Shown here piece after piece: positions 38,139 to 51,029 of a DNA stretch of 64,000 bases. The stretch comes from Camelus ferus (Eukaryota). The notes under the pieces are model-generated. The model ran no database searches and had not been told where the DNA came from. It saw only the letters and a list, made by a program, of their open reading frames with translations. Where the stretch lies: NCBI RefSeq assembly GCF_009834535.1, contig NC_045696.1, positions 39,248,001-39,312,000 on the forward strand, in the 5' to 3' direction. Position 1 is the first letter of the stretch. Every line of letters begins with the position of its first letter. A program made the position numbers and the translations under genes.

Positions 38139-39068
38139 ATGGAAATGAAAAATGCAACAGGGCTGACAGAGTTTGTTCTCACAGGACTTATGTATCAACC
38201 AGGGTGGCAAATCCCCCTGTTCCTGCTGTTCTTGATGATATACCTCATCACCATTGTGGGAAACCTTGGTCTGATTGCTCTCATCTGGAATGAAACTCAA
38301 CTTCACATTTCCATGTACTTATTCCTTGGGAACCTGGCTTTTGTGGATAGTTGGTTATCATCCACAGTGACGCCCAAGATGCTGGTCAACACCTTCACCA
38401 AGAATAAGATGATCTCTCTCCCTGAATGCATGGTACAATTTTTTTCCTTTGCAGTCAGTGCAACAACAGAATGTTTTCTGCTGGCAACAATGTCATATGA
38501 TCGATATGTAGCCATATGTAACCCGTTACTTTATCCAGTGATTATGACTAATAGACTATGTATGTGGCTGTTATTCTCATCATTTGTAGGTGGTGTTCTT
38601 CATGCATTAATCCATACAGGTTTTTTATTCAGATTAACCTTCTGTAATTACAACATAATACATCACTTTTACTGTGACGTCATGCCATTGTTTAAAATCT
38701 CTTGTACTGATCCTTCTATTAATGTTCTGATGATTTTTATTTTTTCGGGTTCAATTCAGGTGTTCACCATTTTCATTGTCCTTGTCTCTTATACATTAGT
38801 TCTTTTTACAATTTTAAAGAAGAAGTCTGTACAAGGCATAAGGAAGGCCTTCTCCACCTGTGGAGCCCACCTCCTATCTGTCTCTTTATACTATGGGCCT
38901 CTTCTATTCATGTATGTGCGCCCTGGAACTACACAAGCAGATTATCAAGATATGATGGACTCTCTATTTTACACTGTCATAATTCCTTTCTTAAATCCAA
39001 TTATCTACAGCTTGAGAAATAAGAAAGTCATAGATTCTCTGACAAAAATGCTAAAGAGAAATATTTAG
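38139..39068 (+). CDS. OR5H2-like: Olfactory receptor, family 5 subfamily H (intact, 309 aa)
   Basis: Colinear paralog of 5817-6746 with [25 protein letters not shown] and [12 protein letters not shown]. Acceptor tttatttcAG ends at 38120. Confidence 0.95.
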   Translation: MEMKNATGLTEFVLTGLMYQPGWQIPLFLLFLMIYLITIVGNLGLIALIWNETQLHISMYLFLGNLAFVDSWLSSTVTPKMLVNTFTKNKMISLPECMVQFFSFAVSATTECFLLATMSYDRYVAICNPLLYPVIMTNRLCMWLLFSSFVGGVLHALIHTGFLFRLTFCNYNIIHHFYCDVMPLFKISCTDPSINVLMIFIFSGSIQVFTIFIVLVSYTLVLFTILKKKSVQGIRKAFSTCGAHLLSVSLYYGPLLFMYVRPGTTQADYQDMMDSLFYTVIIPFLNPIIYSLRNKKVIDSLTKMLKRNI

Positions 39069-41534
39069 ATCTACTATTAATAAGTGTTCTCTTACATGAA
39101 ATAACACAAAATTATGCAGATTAGACACTGCTGTGTGTTGATTAGCATTCAAAGTTTTCTTGCATTCATAATTGTCCTATTATTTTAATAAGATTTTACT
39201 ACCTAATATATCTTTAAATATATTTTATTTATATTGCATAGCTTATCAGAAATAGGGAATTTTAATCAAGTGTTCATCTCCTACTAAAATAACTAAAGCA
39301 GAAATTAAAATGAAACATTTTACATGCTTGTATATTCTTAAATGTTTTATAAGTACATTTATTAAACTTTTATTAAGTACTAAAATAGTGTTGTACATCT
39401 GAAAAGTACTTGAGTATAAGGCCTTTGATAGTAATACAGCCTGGAGACTTGAGTCACATATAACTCCATAGAGTGAGCATGTTTGTGTCTGAGTGAATAG
39501 AGGCAAATCTCAGGACTTGTGCTAGCCATCAAAAGGTTCTTTCATTCCACTCTATCTGGGACATGGATTCAAATGTCATGTCAGACAGAGGAATAAAAAG
39601 AATAGAAAAAAAAAAATGAGGAGAACATAAGAAGGGAGTTAAGACAGTGAAGGTCAGGCCAAACCACATGAAGATGCTCTTAACTCAGTGTGCTTCTATG
39701 AGAAGCTGGAAGAACTGAGTTGCATCTCCCTGTCTATAATGCTTCTTAAGTCCTTTTCTAGCTGTTTGTTTGTTGTTGGGAAATCTGAAAAGCTTTACTA
39801 ATTCAGAAAGCTAAGAATTTAGATTGAAGAAAAAAGCTGGGATGAGGAAGAGAGAAGTGATAGAATAGGAAGGAAATGGCTCAATCTTCCAAGAATTAAA
39901 AAGAAAATAACATCTATAAGATTAAGTAATCAGTAATATTTAAAAGTTATTGGATGTGTTGTTGACAACAAGGAGATTTAAATGTGTATGACCATAGTTC
40001 AAATAATGTTAAGACCATATAATGTCATAGTTCTCAGTAGTTAGTTGGGACAGGCATGAAAATCAGCAAGCTTCTGGATGTTTTCTGCCCTAAAAGTCCC
40101 TGTAAGTTCTCATATGCCATACTATTTAAGTATAATAAGTGATCCATTAGGTCCATCTCTGCCCTTCCTCTCTCAAAACTGAAATTCCACATGCATTCCT
40201 ACTGATTTCACTCAGGCCTTCACCTTCAAAATTATCAGCCTTTGTATTTTGTAAAACTCTAGTTATTTATCCTTTCCAAGCTGTTCATATTCTTTTCATT
40301 TCCAAACATAGCTGCCAGATTAAACTTGATGAACAGGACTCTGATTAAATCATATCCTTCTTCAACAACTTTTAAAGGATTGTCTTTGCTACCTGATTAT
40401 AGACATATATGGTATATGTATCTAGAGTTGTATATATACCTATGCAGATGATTATTTCTTTATATGTATGTCAAGATTATATTATATATAAATATTTGTA
40501 TTATACATATCTATATGTACAGATTATACGATATATAAATACATCTACATATTTATTTATTTATTTATTTATACCTCATCCTGCACTTGTTCACTCTGAC
40601 ATTATCTGAGGTCCTTTCAAATAAAACATTGATTTAACTTAGTTTAACTTGGAAGGCTCCTCCTCCACAATTCTAAGTTATAGCCTTCATCCTGAAAGCC
40701 TTCTGGACAAACCTCTCTGTCTCAGGTTGATGCTTCTGCTCACACAAGACCCTCCGCAGAGAATCCTCCCCACTCAACTGCTTCGTCTTCATTTAAAATT
40801 GCAATGGTATCATTTCCTCAAATTCCCTCTCAAATGTTACAACTCCCAAGATGCATTGCCAGATTATCCCAAAGAAAATAGGAATGCTCACTGATTTAAA
40901 ACATTTAACAGTTTATTTATACTTCTTGGCCCCATTTGTCCTTGTAAAATAATATTTTTGGACTACAAGTTCTTTATGATTACAATGTAGAAGTCTTTCT
41001 GTCTTTTGTAGTAGGTAGCACAGTAGCTTACACACATGAAGTCCTAAATAAGCATTAGTGAAATATTGGTAATATTAAAGTAACTGAGAGCACAAATACA
41101 CAAACTGTGTAAGTGTGCATATCACTCTTTTCGAGCTGGTAATGAGCCCAGGGACATTACTGGGCCTGGGATGGCTGCTGCATGCCAGCTTATTTCTACA
41201 ATTTCTTTCATGACAATCACAAATATCATACATCAGAAGGAGTTATTCTTGTTCTTATTATAAGTAGGACTGAACCCTCGGACGGGATATGACAAAATAT
41301 CAGGGAGAAGCCCTCAAATTAAGAAGTTTAGTTTAAAGATACAAGTATGACATAAATATCATTACTCTATATTCTTGGAGGTACAGGTCACAAGATTAGA
41401 CAAAGTTACCTGTCTTATTTTTGTTCCTTTGAGGGATTGCCTCCAGGTCCTGGGAAATGGGAGTGGATTAATCACATTCCAGTTGCTTTTACTCTTCTCC
41501 CTAAAGAATTATTGTTATTGCCTATCTCCATAGT

Positions 41535-42081
41535 TTGTTTTTTCCTTTTTATTGCTTTATTGATTGAAGTATGGTCAGTTTACAACGTCGTGTCAATTTC
41601 TGTTGTATAGCATAGTGATTCAGTTACACACATATATATTCCTTTTCATATTCTTTTTCATTATTTGCTATTATAAGATATTGAATATAGTTCCCTATGC
41701 TATACAGTAGAACCTTGTTATTCATCCATTTTATATATAGTAGTTAGTATCTCCAAATGTGGAACTTCAATTTGGTCCAGTTTATTCCCAAGTATTTTTT
41801 TATGCTATTTTAAGAGTTTTTTGTTTTTTGTTTTCTTACTTTCTGCTATTTCATTGTTAATGTAAAGAAATGCAACAGATTTCTGTATGTTAATCTTGTA
41901 ACCTATTTTGCTGAATTTGTTTATCAGCTCTGGTAATTTTTGTGTGGAGTCTTTAGGATTTACCATATGTAGTTTCATGTCATCTGCGTATAATGACAAT
42001 TTTACCTCTTCTCCTCCAATTCAGATCCCTTTTCTTTCTCTTATCTGTTTCCTATGGCTAGAACGTCCCATACTTTGTTGA
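41535..42081 (-). mobile_element. L1 fragment: 3' UTR end fused to an RT segment, specific to unit C
   Basis: Minus-strand SLYADDM...QKSVAFLY (41805-41999) joined near 41770 to the 3' UTR terminus. Absent at the homologous site near 56835. Confidence 0.82.
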
Positions 42082-42867
42082 TTGTTATTGCTGTCTAATG
42101 TTTCCATTGTTCAGGTGGTTTCCTGTCAATGATTTAGATTTCTGCTTGCTCATACATTGCAATGATCCAAAGACTAACTGAAAGTATAGGCAATTGATGT
42201 ATATTTCTTATGTCATCACTTAGAACTGTTTCCTTATGGATTTTTCTTTGAATGAGAAGTTTGATGTCAACCTTTGAGTCTATGAGTGGGGTACAGCCTG
42301 TCAAGTGAACATTACCTGTCAAGTCCTAATTTAGGTTTGTGAATATGGAACAGACAATTGGCGGCCTCTCAGAAACTCAGATTTCCTTGTAGCCTTCTCT
42401 TGTATATGTCTGGTTGACAGATTCCTGTGCTGTGATTTGACCTTACAAAAATCCCCAGTCAAATGATGTGATCTCACTCACTTCTGTTACAGATTTATTC
42501 ATTTTGTACATTATTTTCACCATTTCAGAGGCATGTTGGGAAAAAGGTAAAATATTCACCTGTGAAAACTCCATATTTTGGATAAGATATTCAGCTAATT
42601 CCTTTAAAGAGAAAATATGAAATATATATGAATACTAAATATGTATTGTTTAACAGCTACTTAGGTGTGAAGGATGATACATCATTTTGCTAAATTCACC
42701 CAGTTGTCTGGAACACTGCTGATGCTGGTTTAAACAATCCCTTGGAAATACAAATAGTATCCTTGAAACACTCTTTCTTATGAAGGTGCATTCATTAACC
42801 TGGAGATTAAAAGGAATGCATAATTCCTCTTTATATGCATGTATATATGATTTTTCTCATCACCTTA

Positions 42868-43311
42868 TGTAGGCCCCCACCTGAAGGCTCTAGAGAATAA
42901 GCCATGGGCTGAAATGATAAACAAGCTGTGAGAAATGTCATGTAGCCGGCTGGATAAGAGATGGCTATTTAATGTATTCAGTATGGGCAGCTGGATAGTC
43001 AATGATGGGTAAGATCCTCAGAGGAGGACAACCTAAGACAGGCATAGCTGGCTGGATAAGAGATGGCCTACTTAATGAAGTTTGGTGACAAACTTTAAAA
43101 CAATCTGTCCTTGATCGTGTAACATCCTGTGCTTACAGCTGGAGCCTGGGAACCTAAATAGCTTAAGATTATTAACATTGTTATAACTTAGATGGTATGT
43201 GAGGCATCATGCATGTCCTATATAAACCCTTTTACAAAAATCAATAAACAGAGAACTGCTTCGCTTCTCTCCGCACCGTGTTCACGTGTACATGATATCG
43301 CGCCACCGACA
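42868..43311 (+). mobile_element. Young solo LTR
   Basis: TG...CA termini, perfect 5-bp TSD cctta (42863-42867, 43312-43316), TATAAA near 43221, AATAAA near 43243, retained CpGs. Empty site in unit D near 57590. Confidence 0.88.
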
Positions 43312-43559
43312 CCTTAGAATACCTTGTAGTAGAAGTGAGAATTCTACTGTTCAGGACCTTGTGGATAAAATTGTCCTATACTATGTCCAAAGAAATAACA
43401 TTATTAGGATTAGGCAAAAACAAATCATCGAAACTAGAACAAGGTAATTAAATTTTGGTTGTTGACTGACTATGGCAAATCTTATGTACTACATGTATCT
43501 GCAATGTGTCAAAACCTCTTCGTATAGGCTTTCTCTCTCTTTTTTGTTGTTCTTTTAAA

Positions 43560-44090
43560 ACAAATGTTCTCAAAATTCAGTGGGCATCAGAATCACCTGG
43601 AGAGCTTAAGAAAGCACAGATTGATAGGTATCATACTTGAGCTTCTGATTCAGTCCTATTGAAGCTGTTGTTTTGGAACTATACAATGCAAGCCACTGAT
43701 GGGGACTGAATGCTGGCTTCCCTCAAAAGTCATATATTGAAGTGCTAACCAACTAATATGGTACTACTTAGAGTGGGGTCTTTGGGAGGTAATTAGGCTT
43801 AAATTAGGTCATGAGAGTAAGGCTTTCATGATGGATTAGTCCCCTGTTAAGGAGGGAAGAGATAATAGAGTTATCTTTCTCTACAGGAGTTACTCAACCA
43901 GAAAAGGCCATGTGAAAAGGCAGTCTGCTACTAGCCAGAAAGCAAGTTCTCACCACGTACAGTATCTGCTGGCCCCGTACTCTTGAACATCCCATCCTCC
44001 AGAATGTAAAAAATAAATGTCTGTGATACAAGGCCAAAAAGTCTATGATATTTCATTATAGCAATCTGATATATGATAATCACTACTTTA
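43560..44090 (+). mobile_element. MER5 remnant carrying an inserted MaLR LTR (MLT1A/MST-like, ~43698-44075); paralog at 57820-58360
   Basis: MER5 gcatcagaatcacctggagagctt, then ggactgaatg...tttgggaggtaattagg...aataaatgtctg..tagca. Confidence 0.7.
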
Positions 44091-44607
44091 AAATAACGAG
44101 TGAGGCAATATTGGTATAATATTAAGATATTCAGACACCAGACAGAATGGAGTTTCTCATATCCTCTATTCCCTACTTAAATAGCAGTATAAAAATATTC
44201 TGAAAGTTTCCAACCTCAGTTTATACTTCCCTCCCAGTTTTGGGCAAAAGGACACAGGGCATGTGTTTTAAAGAATGAAGTATTGTGGACTTTTAAAAAA
44301 TTATTTTTTCTTGGGAACCATGATTGACAGGTGATAGCCAATTAAAACCTCATTGCCTGATTTCAGTAAGGTTAATGGGAGGCATCTCTGATACTTTTAA
44401 AAAAAATTATCAAGGTAGACTAGCTTTTAGACCTTCTTTTTCAAAAAAATTTCATACACAAGATGTTCCTTATGAAGTAATGATGTAATGATTACCTCTT
44501 CTGAAAAGGTAGTGAGACTTTTTAGAGCAATACCTAATAGCTGCATCATGATAACTCCCACAATTTACAAGATAAAACAAGAAGTTTACTAAACATACAG
44601 TGAGTTC

Positions 44608-45118
44608 TTATTTTAGTCATGGTTGCCCAGGGTAAGAAAACTAGGAAGATCTATCTATATATGAACATCATATATCTATCATCTCAAGACACTTATTATG
44701 AGATATTGACTCACAATTTCAGAGGCTAAGAGGCTCCATGAAGTGCCCTATGCCAGCTAGACACTGAGGACAGCAAGTATCATACTTCAAAGGCCTAAGA
44801 CAGGAGGGCCAAAGGTATAGACTCCTCCTAAGTATGAAGTCCTGAGAATCAGGATCACCAAGAGCAGCTGAAGATCACAGTCAACTAGTCAAGCAGAAAC
44901 TGAATTCAACTTTCCTCTCCCTCACTGTTTCATTCAGACCTGCAGCAGAGTGAACGATGCCCGGATATACTGGGGAGAGTCAAATGCATTACTGAGTCCA
45001 CCAATTCCATACTAATAACTTCTGGAAATATTCTCACATACGCATCACAAAATAATGTTTAACCAGATACCAGAATGGCCCATGGCCCACCTAGTTGACA
45101 CATAAATTAAACATTACA
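44608..45118 (-). mobile_element. MLT2-type ERVL LTR (paralog of 8221-8721)
   Basis: Ends gttgacacataaattaaacattaca, shares internal motifs with 8221-8721 and has the same left flank. Confidence 0.75.
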
Positions 45119-48100
45119 TTACCCATAGCCACTTGGCACCCATACACATATCCCCAAACCATATTTTATCACCAAATAAAGAAAACCTCAAGGTTATATT
45201 CATCCTAGCATGATACAGCTATGTGTGTACAACTGAAATATGTAATCCCCTTCTGCAGATGAGGAGGTAAAATCCTTGAGTGATTTTTTTACTCCTCTCT
45301 TTGATATCTGGTAACTTGAACACTGTGACGTCAAATTAACAACACTTACCTACTATAATGGTAAGTCAATACCTCTTATGTCACATGATAAGGGTATAAG
45401 GGTAGAAAGAAAACAAAGGTATTTGTTTGGTATTACACACACACAAATGCGTTCATGTCAAACTGAGAAAGAAATCTCTTGGCAGTTACAGTCCTCATAT
45501 CTGTAACTGGTCATGTGATTATAGTCAGAATTTTAACTAACTTCTTTTTCCTTCTGTATTCCTCTTGCCTGCAGCAAGCACCTGAGGTAGACATTGCTCT
45601 CTACCTGGTAGGGTAACCCAAAATTTCAATACTGAAGAGTCTAGTTCATTAGAATTACTGTCTGGATTGGTTTGTTGAAGTTTCCCATTGACCTTAACCA
45701 TGGGAATGATAATTCTATGAGACAGTCCATGGGATCTTCTGTATTCCAAACATTCTTTTCCTTACCCCCTTTGTAAAGCAGTAGTCCAGTTTTCCCTTGG
45801 TTGTTTGCATCAATCACCTCAGCCAACACAGTGACTCCCTTCTTTGTCAGATGATTCAAAGGAATGTAGAGTCAAAGGGACCAAGTGGCAGTCTACTTTC
45901 AGCTCAATAGAATCATTATTGTGTCCTGATTGAAGCATCCCTCCCTCTGGAAGTGAGACCACAAGGTCAGAACAGCATCAAATTACAGGAACAGGCAACA
46001 AATATTTTGCTAGTGGGGTATTAAAGGTAATGGTGCCACAGGTGCTACTCCAATTTCCACCCCTTTATTCCTGGACTCATGAGCCCTAGCTATGGGAGAA
46101 ACAGTACCATGTATTAGAAGTTGCTTCAGAAACATTCAGCTTTCTGGAGATCCTTGCCCCAGTTCTGCAAGACATTGCCATTTAGTTCTGCTGTAACTGA
46201 GTCTTTAAGAGGCCATTCACCATTCTATCAAACTATATACTTCAGAATGGTGGGGAGAAGGGTAAGATGAGTGAATTCCACAGGCATGGGCACACTGCCA
46301 CACTTATTTCACTGTGAAGTTCCTTGATCAGAATCAGTGTTGTTAGGAATACTGTGGACAGTGAATAAGGAATTGTGTAAGACTAAAGATACACATTTTA
46401 GCAGGAGCATTGATTGCCGGGAAGTCAATGTATCTAGTTGTGTCTGTATCTGGAGTGAAGTGTCTACTCTAACATGATCAAAACACTTCCACTTCTATAA
46501 TGAAAATTTTCCTGTGTAATTAAGCTGTCTCTAGGTACTGGTTGATCACTCCAATGAATGGTGCCCATATCAGGCACTCAGTGTTGGTCTCTGATTTTGG
46601 CTCATTTGGGAACTCAGCTGTGGCCAGAGTCAAGCTGACCTTAGTAAGTGGAAGTCCATGTTGAGCCTGTGCATCACCTCTATTCCTGCCACCATGGCCA
46701 CTTGGTTTATGAGCCCATTGAATGGTCACAGAAGTTGTATGAGTAAGAGTGACTCATGTCCAGAGATTGGGTCATCTTAAGCACTTGATGATAAAATCCT
46801 TTTCTACTGAGATCACTTTTTTGTTTAGCATTCACATGGGACAGAAATATCTTCATGTTATTTCCCCATTCAGAGAAATCTATTAATATAACTCTTCTCA
46901 AATTTCCTTGTCATCAATTTCCAGTCATATTCCTTCAATATCCCTAAACATCCAACCGAACCATTGGCCATAGCCAATGAACTGGTATATAAACACACTT
47001 CTGCCCATTTCTCCTCCAAAATAAGGTGAAAAACCAGGTGCAGTGCTCAAAGTTCTTCCCACTGGAAAGTTTTCACTCCATCACTGTCCTTCAGGAATGT
47101 CACAGAGAGGGGTTGTAGTGCTGTAGCTGTCTACTTTCTGATGGTGCCTATATCCTAGGCAGAACCACCCAAAAATCAGTCCTCAGTCTTGTCTTCTCTT
47201 TTCTGTCAACTAAACATAAAGAACACCCTATGGGACCAAAGGTGCCGGCTGGGAGAGAGAAGCCATGGCAGCAGAAGTAGAGACAAATAGCATTTTAACC
47301 TCTTCTTTATGTAACTTACTTGGGCCTTCAGGGCCTGTCCATGCTTGATCAAGTGTATGCTACTTTCATTTAATGAAGGCATGCTGCCTGCAAAAGCAGC
47401 TCTATGGTCAGTGGGTCAGACAACAGTGATTTTGTCAAAGGCAGCTCTAGATTCATGGCAAATTGGTGGCCCATGGTTAAATATTTGTTTTTTTACTGAA
47501 GTTCACCAGCAGGCCAATGACTGTTTCTCTAAAGTAGAGTAGTTATCCACAGAGGATGACAGTGCTTTGCTCCCAGATTCTAAGGGCTGGCATTGTGATC
47601 CATCTTTAGAGGAATATTAAAGGGTCCAAGCATCTTCCACTGCAGCAAGCACCACTGGATGTGCTGGATGTGGCCCAAGTAGCAGAACAGCTTGCATAGC
47701 AGCCTAGACATGTTGCAAAGCCTTCTCTTGCTCTGAGTCAAACTCAAAACTAGCCTTGGTAAAACAGTAACGGATGCTGATTCAAAAAATACACAACCTT
47801 CTGAAGAACCTTGACTCGGCATGGTTTTCTCTTCCAGAAAGTGCTGTAACTGAGTTCTAAAAGGCCATTCTATCATTCTTTCAAATTAGCTGATTCACAA
47901 TGGAGGGAAACAGGGTAAGGTAAGTAAATTCTATAATCCTGGGGCCATTACCACATTTCATTTGTTGTGAAGTACATTTCTTGATCAGATAAATGCTATG
48001 ATGAATGTGAAGACAGTGGATAAAAAATTCTGTTAAGTCCTCAGATAGTTGTTTTGGCAAGAAGCTTGCCTGCAGAGAAGAATAATCTATATCTAGAGTA

Positions 48101-49740
48101 AGTGTCTATTCTGATAATAACAAAACACCCTTCCATGATGGAAAATTGTCCAATGAAATCAACGTGTCACCTGGTAGCTGGCTGATTACCTCGATGAATA
48201 GTGCAATATTGGGGACTCAGTGTTGATCTCTGTGCTGGCAGACTGGGCACTAAGAAACATCTTTAGCCAAGCTGGCCATGGTAAGTGGAAGTCCATGATG
48301 CTGAGCCCATACATAATCTCCATTCCTTCCACCATAGACCCTTTTTTATAAGCCCATTTGGTTATGACAGGGATGGCTAGAGAAGGAGGTTGACTGGTGT
48401 CCATAGAATGCAACATTCTACCCACTTGCTTATAAAGTCTTCAACGGCTAAAGTCATCCTTTAGTAAGCATTCACATGGGACATGTTTTTGTGCATTTAG
48501 AGGGATCTATCCACATATTTCTTCCACAAATTTCCTTGTCATCAGTTTTCCAGTATTATTGCTTCAAAGTCCCCGACCATTCAGCCAAACCATTGGCTAA
48601 AGCCCTTGAATCATTACATTATCATATATCTGGCCATTTCTCTTTCTAGGCTAGTGAATAACCAGGTGCACTACCCAAAGTTTTGTCAACTGAGAGGATT
48701 TTTCCATCACTACTATCCTCTAGGGATTGTTACAGAGTGACAGTAGTTGTCCCCTTTCAGATGGTGTCTACATATTTTGCAGAACTATCTATAAACCAGG
48801 TCCGTGTAATCTCTTCCTCTGTCTACTAATTATAGAGAATGCCCCGCTACCCACTATGAGGCCATATTGCAGGCTGGGATAGAGAAGCCAGTGTAGCAGG
48901 CATGGAGACCATGGGCATTTGGGTCACTTCTTTATGTAGATTATTGGTACCTTCAAGGCCTGCTCAGGCTAGAGCATGTGCATAACAATTCTATTTTATA
49001 CTGGTGTGGCAGTGCTCTCACAATTTTATGGTTTGGTGGTCATATAATACCACCTGACCCCATGAAATTCATGAAAGGCAGCTCTGGTCCCATGGAAAAT
49101 TGGTTGGCCTACGGTTAAGCAGTCAGTCTCTAATAAGGCTCAGTAGCAGGCTGACAGCTATTTCTCATATGGAGAGTAGTCATCTGTAGTGGATGGCAGG
49201 GCTTCGCTTCAAACTTATGGTCTGCACTGCTTTTTTTTTTTTAACCTATAAAGGCTTGCCAAAGGCTCCAAACAGCATCCCTATCTGCCCCTACCTCTTC
49301 AGGCACCATCGTTTCTGCCTGATCATATGGCCCAAGTGGCAGAGCAGCTTGTACATCAGCCTAGACCTTTTAAAACTCCTTCTCCTGTTCTGAACCACAT
49401 TCAAAAGTAGCAACTTCTCCGATCACTTGCTAAAGTTGTTGGATTAATGCATCCAAACGAGGATGTTGTTGCCTGTAAAATCCAGGGGCCCACTAGGTGT
49501 TCTGCCTTTTTTAAAATTGTAGTATGGGCTAGATGGAACAACTTATCCGTCACCTATGAAGGTATATATCCACATGATACACACAACTAAACCCCTAGAA
49601 ATTTCACTAAGTTAAATGGGCCCTGAAATTTGTTGGATTTATTTCTCATCTTGTAGCATGCAAATGTCTACCAATAGGTCTACAATAGTTGCTCTTTCTG
49701 GCTCACTAGGTCCAATCAGCATAATGGACCAGTACCTTGT
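45119..49740 (-). mobile_element. ERVL internal remnant (dUTPase, integrase, RNase H, part of RT), with the pol segment present twice
   Basis: Minus-strand peptides KKGVTVLAEVID (dUTPase) and QWAH..GHGGR..AQ..GLPLTK (integrase N-terminal region). The same motifs recur at 48186-48425. Confidence 0.85.
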
Positions 49741-49769
49741 GGGAGAAAAAGAAAGCAAGATCCTAAAGA

Positions 49770-50050
49770 AGATATATATATATCAAATCATATATTTGAT
49801 AAAAGCCTTGTATCCAGTATATATGGAAAATTCTCAAAACTCAGTAATAAGAAATTATATAGCTCCACTAAAAATGCGCAAAATATTTGAACAGACACTT
49901 CACTAAACTAGATATACACATGTCAAATAAGAACACAAAAATATACTAAATATAATTTGTCATTGGGGAAATGCAAATGAAGATCACAATGTGATACTCT
50001 GACCCAACTATTAAATATGCTAAAATTGAAAAGACTTCTCATACTGAAAG
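49770..50050 (+). mobile_element. Ancient L1 ORF2 3' fragment (paralog at 33270-33450)
   Basis: tttgaacagacacttcac...ggggaaatgcaaat.aa.a.caca.tg.gatac. Confidence 0.7.
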
Positions 50051-51029
50051 CTGCAGTGTAGACCTCTGTATTCATCCATAGGCAATAAAATGAATTAAAA
50101 GATAATTATACAAAATTGAAGGGAGCATTATGTTTAAGTCAAGTTGGGTTATGTTGAAGCTAAATGATGCACATTATACCACTAACTCTATCCTTCTGCT
50201 GAGTTTTCACAATGACTTTTCTCTGATCTGTGTTGTTTTTTCACTTCTTATTTAGCTTTTACTAGCACAATTTTAAGGACACAGGATAATTGATTAATGA
50301 GTTTATAAAAAATACGCTGTTTGCTTTCCCGCAGCTACCAATCTAGTTCCAAGTGGAGGGTAAACATTTTTCGACTCTTCAGATATCAAAACATATGAAA
50401 CACTTTCATATCATACTATTTTGACATAAATAATGCCATTATTTTCTCAATTCATGTTCAAAACCAATTTCCATGTTAATAATTAAAGACAAATCTGAAC
50501 ATGTGACCAGCATGTTCAAAATCCCTCGATAGTTTTCTTTTCAGCTGGGGTAAAGAACAGAGTAAAGTCCTTGACATAGTCTCTAGATTCTATGTGATCC
50601 CACCCATGCCAGCCTCCCTTGCCCATTCTGGCTACGCTTTGCTTCTCTCTTTGCATGCCAGCTACATTTGTCATTTTGTTTGTTTGTTTGTTTCTGTAAT
50701 GATGTGTTCCCTGATCAGCTAAACCTGTAAATGAAGGGAAACCCTGAGGATAGCAAATGTCCCAAGGCATCACCTTGTTAGAAATGAAGACCCTCAGGCC
50801 CAATCCTTAACCTACTGAAACAGAATCTGCATATTAAGAAAATTTCCAGGAGATTCACAGGAATTAAAGTTTAAGAAGCACTGATCTAGGCCACCTCCTA
50901 CTGTGGTCCTTGGATTTCTTTTTCTTTTGCTCCTTCCACTGAATTTTACCTGGTAAGGTTTTTTCATAAATTTTCATCTTAAAGTGAGAAGTTACTTGTA
51001 GGTCTGGAATGTGAGCAAAGTTTACATAA

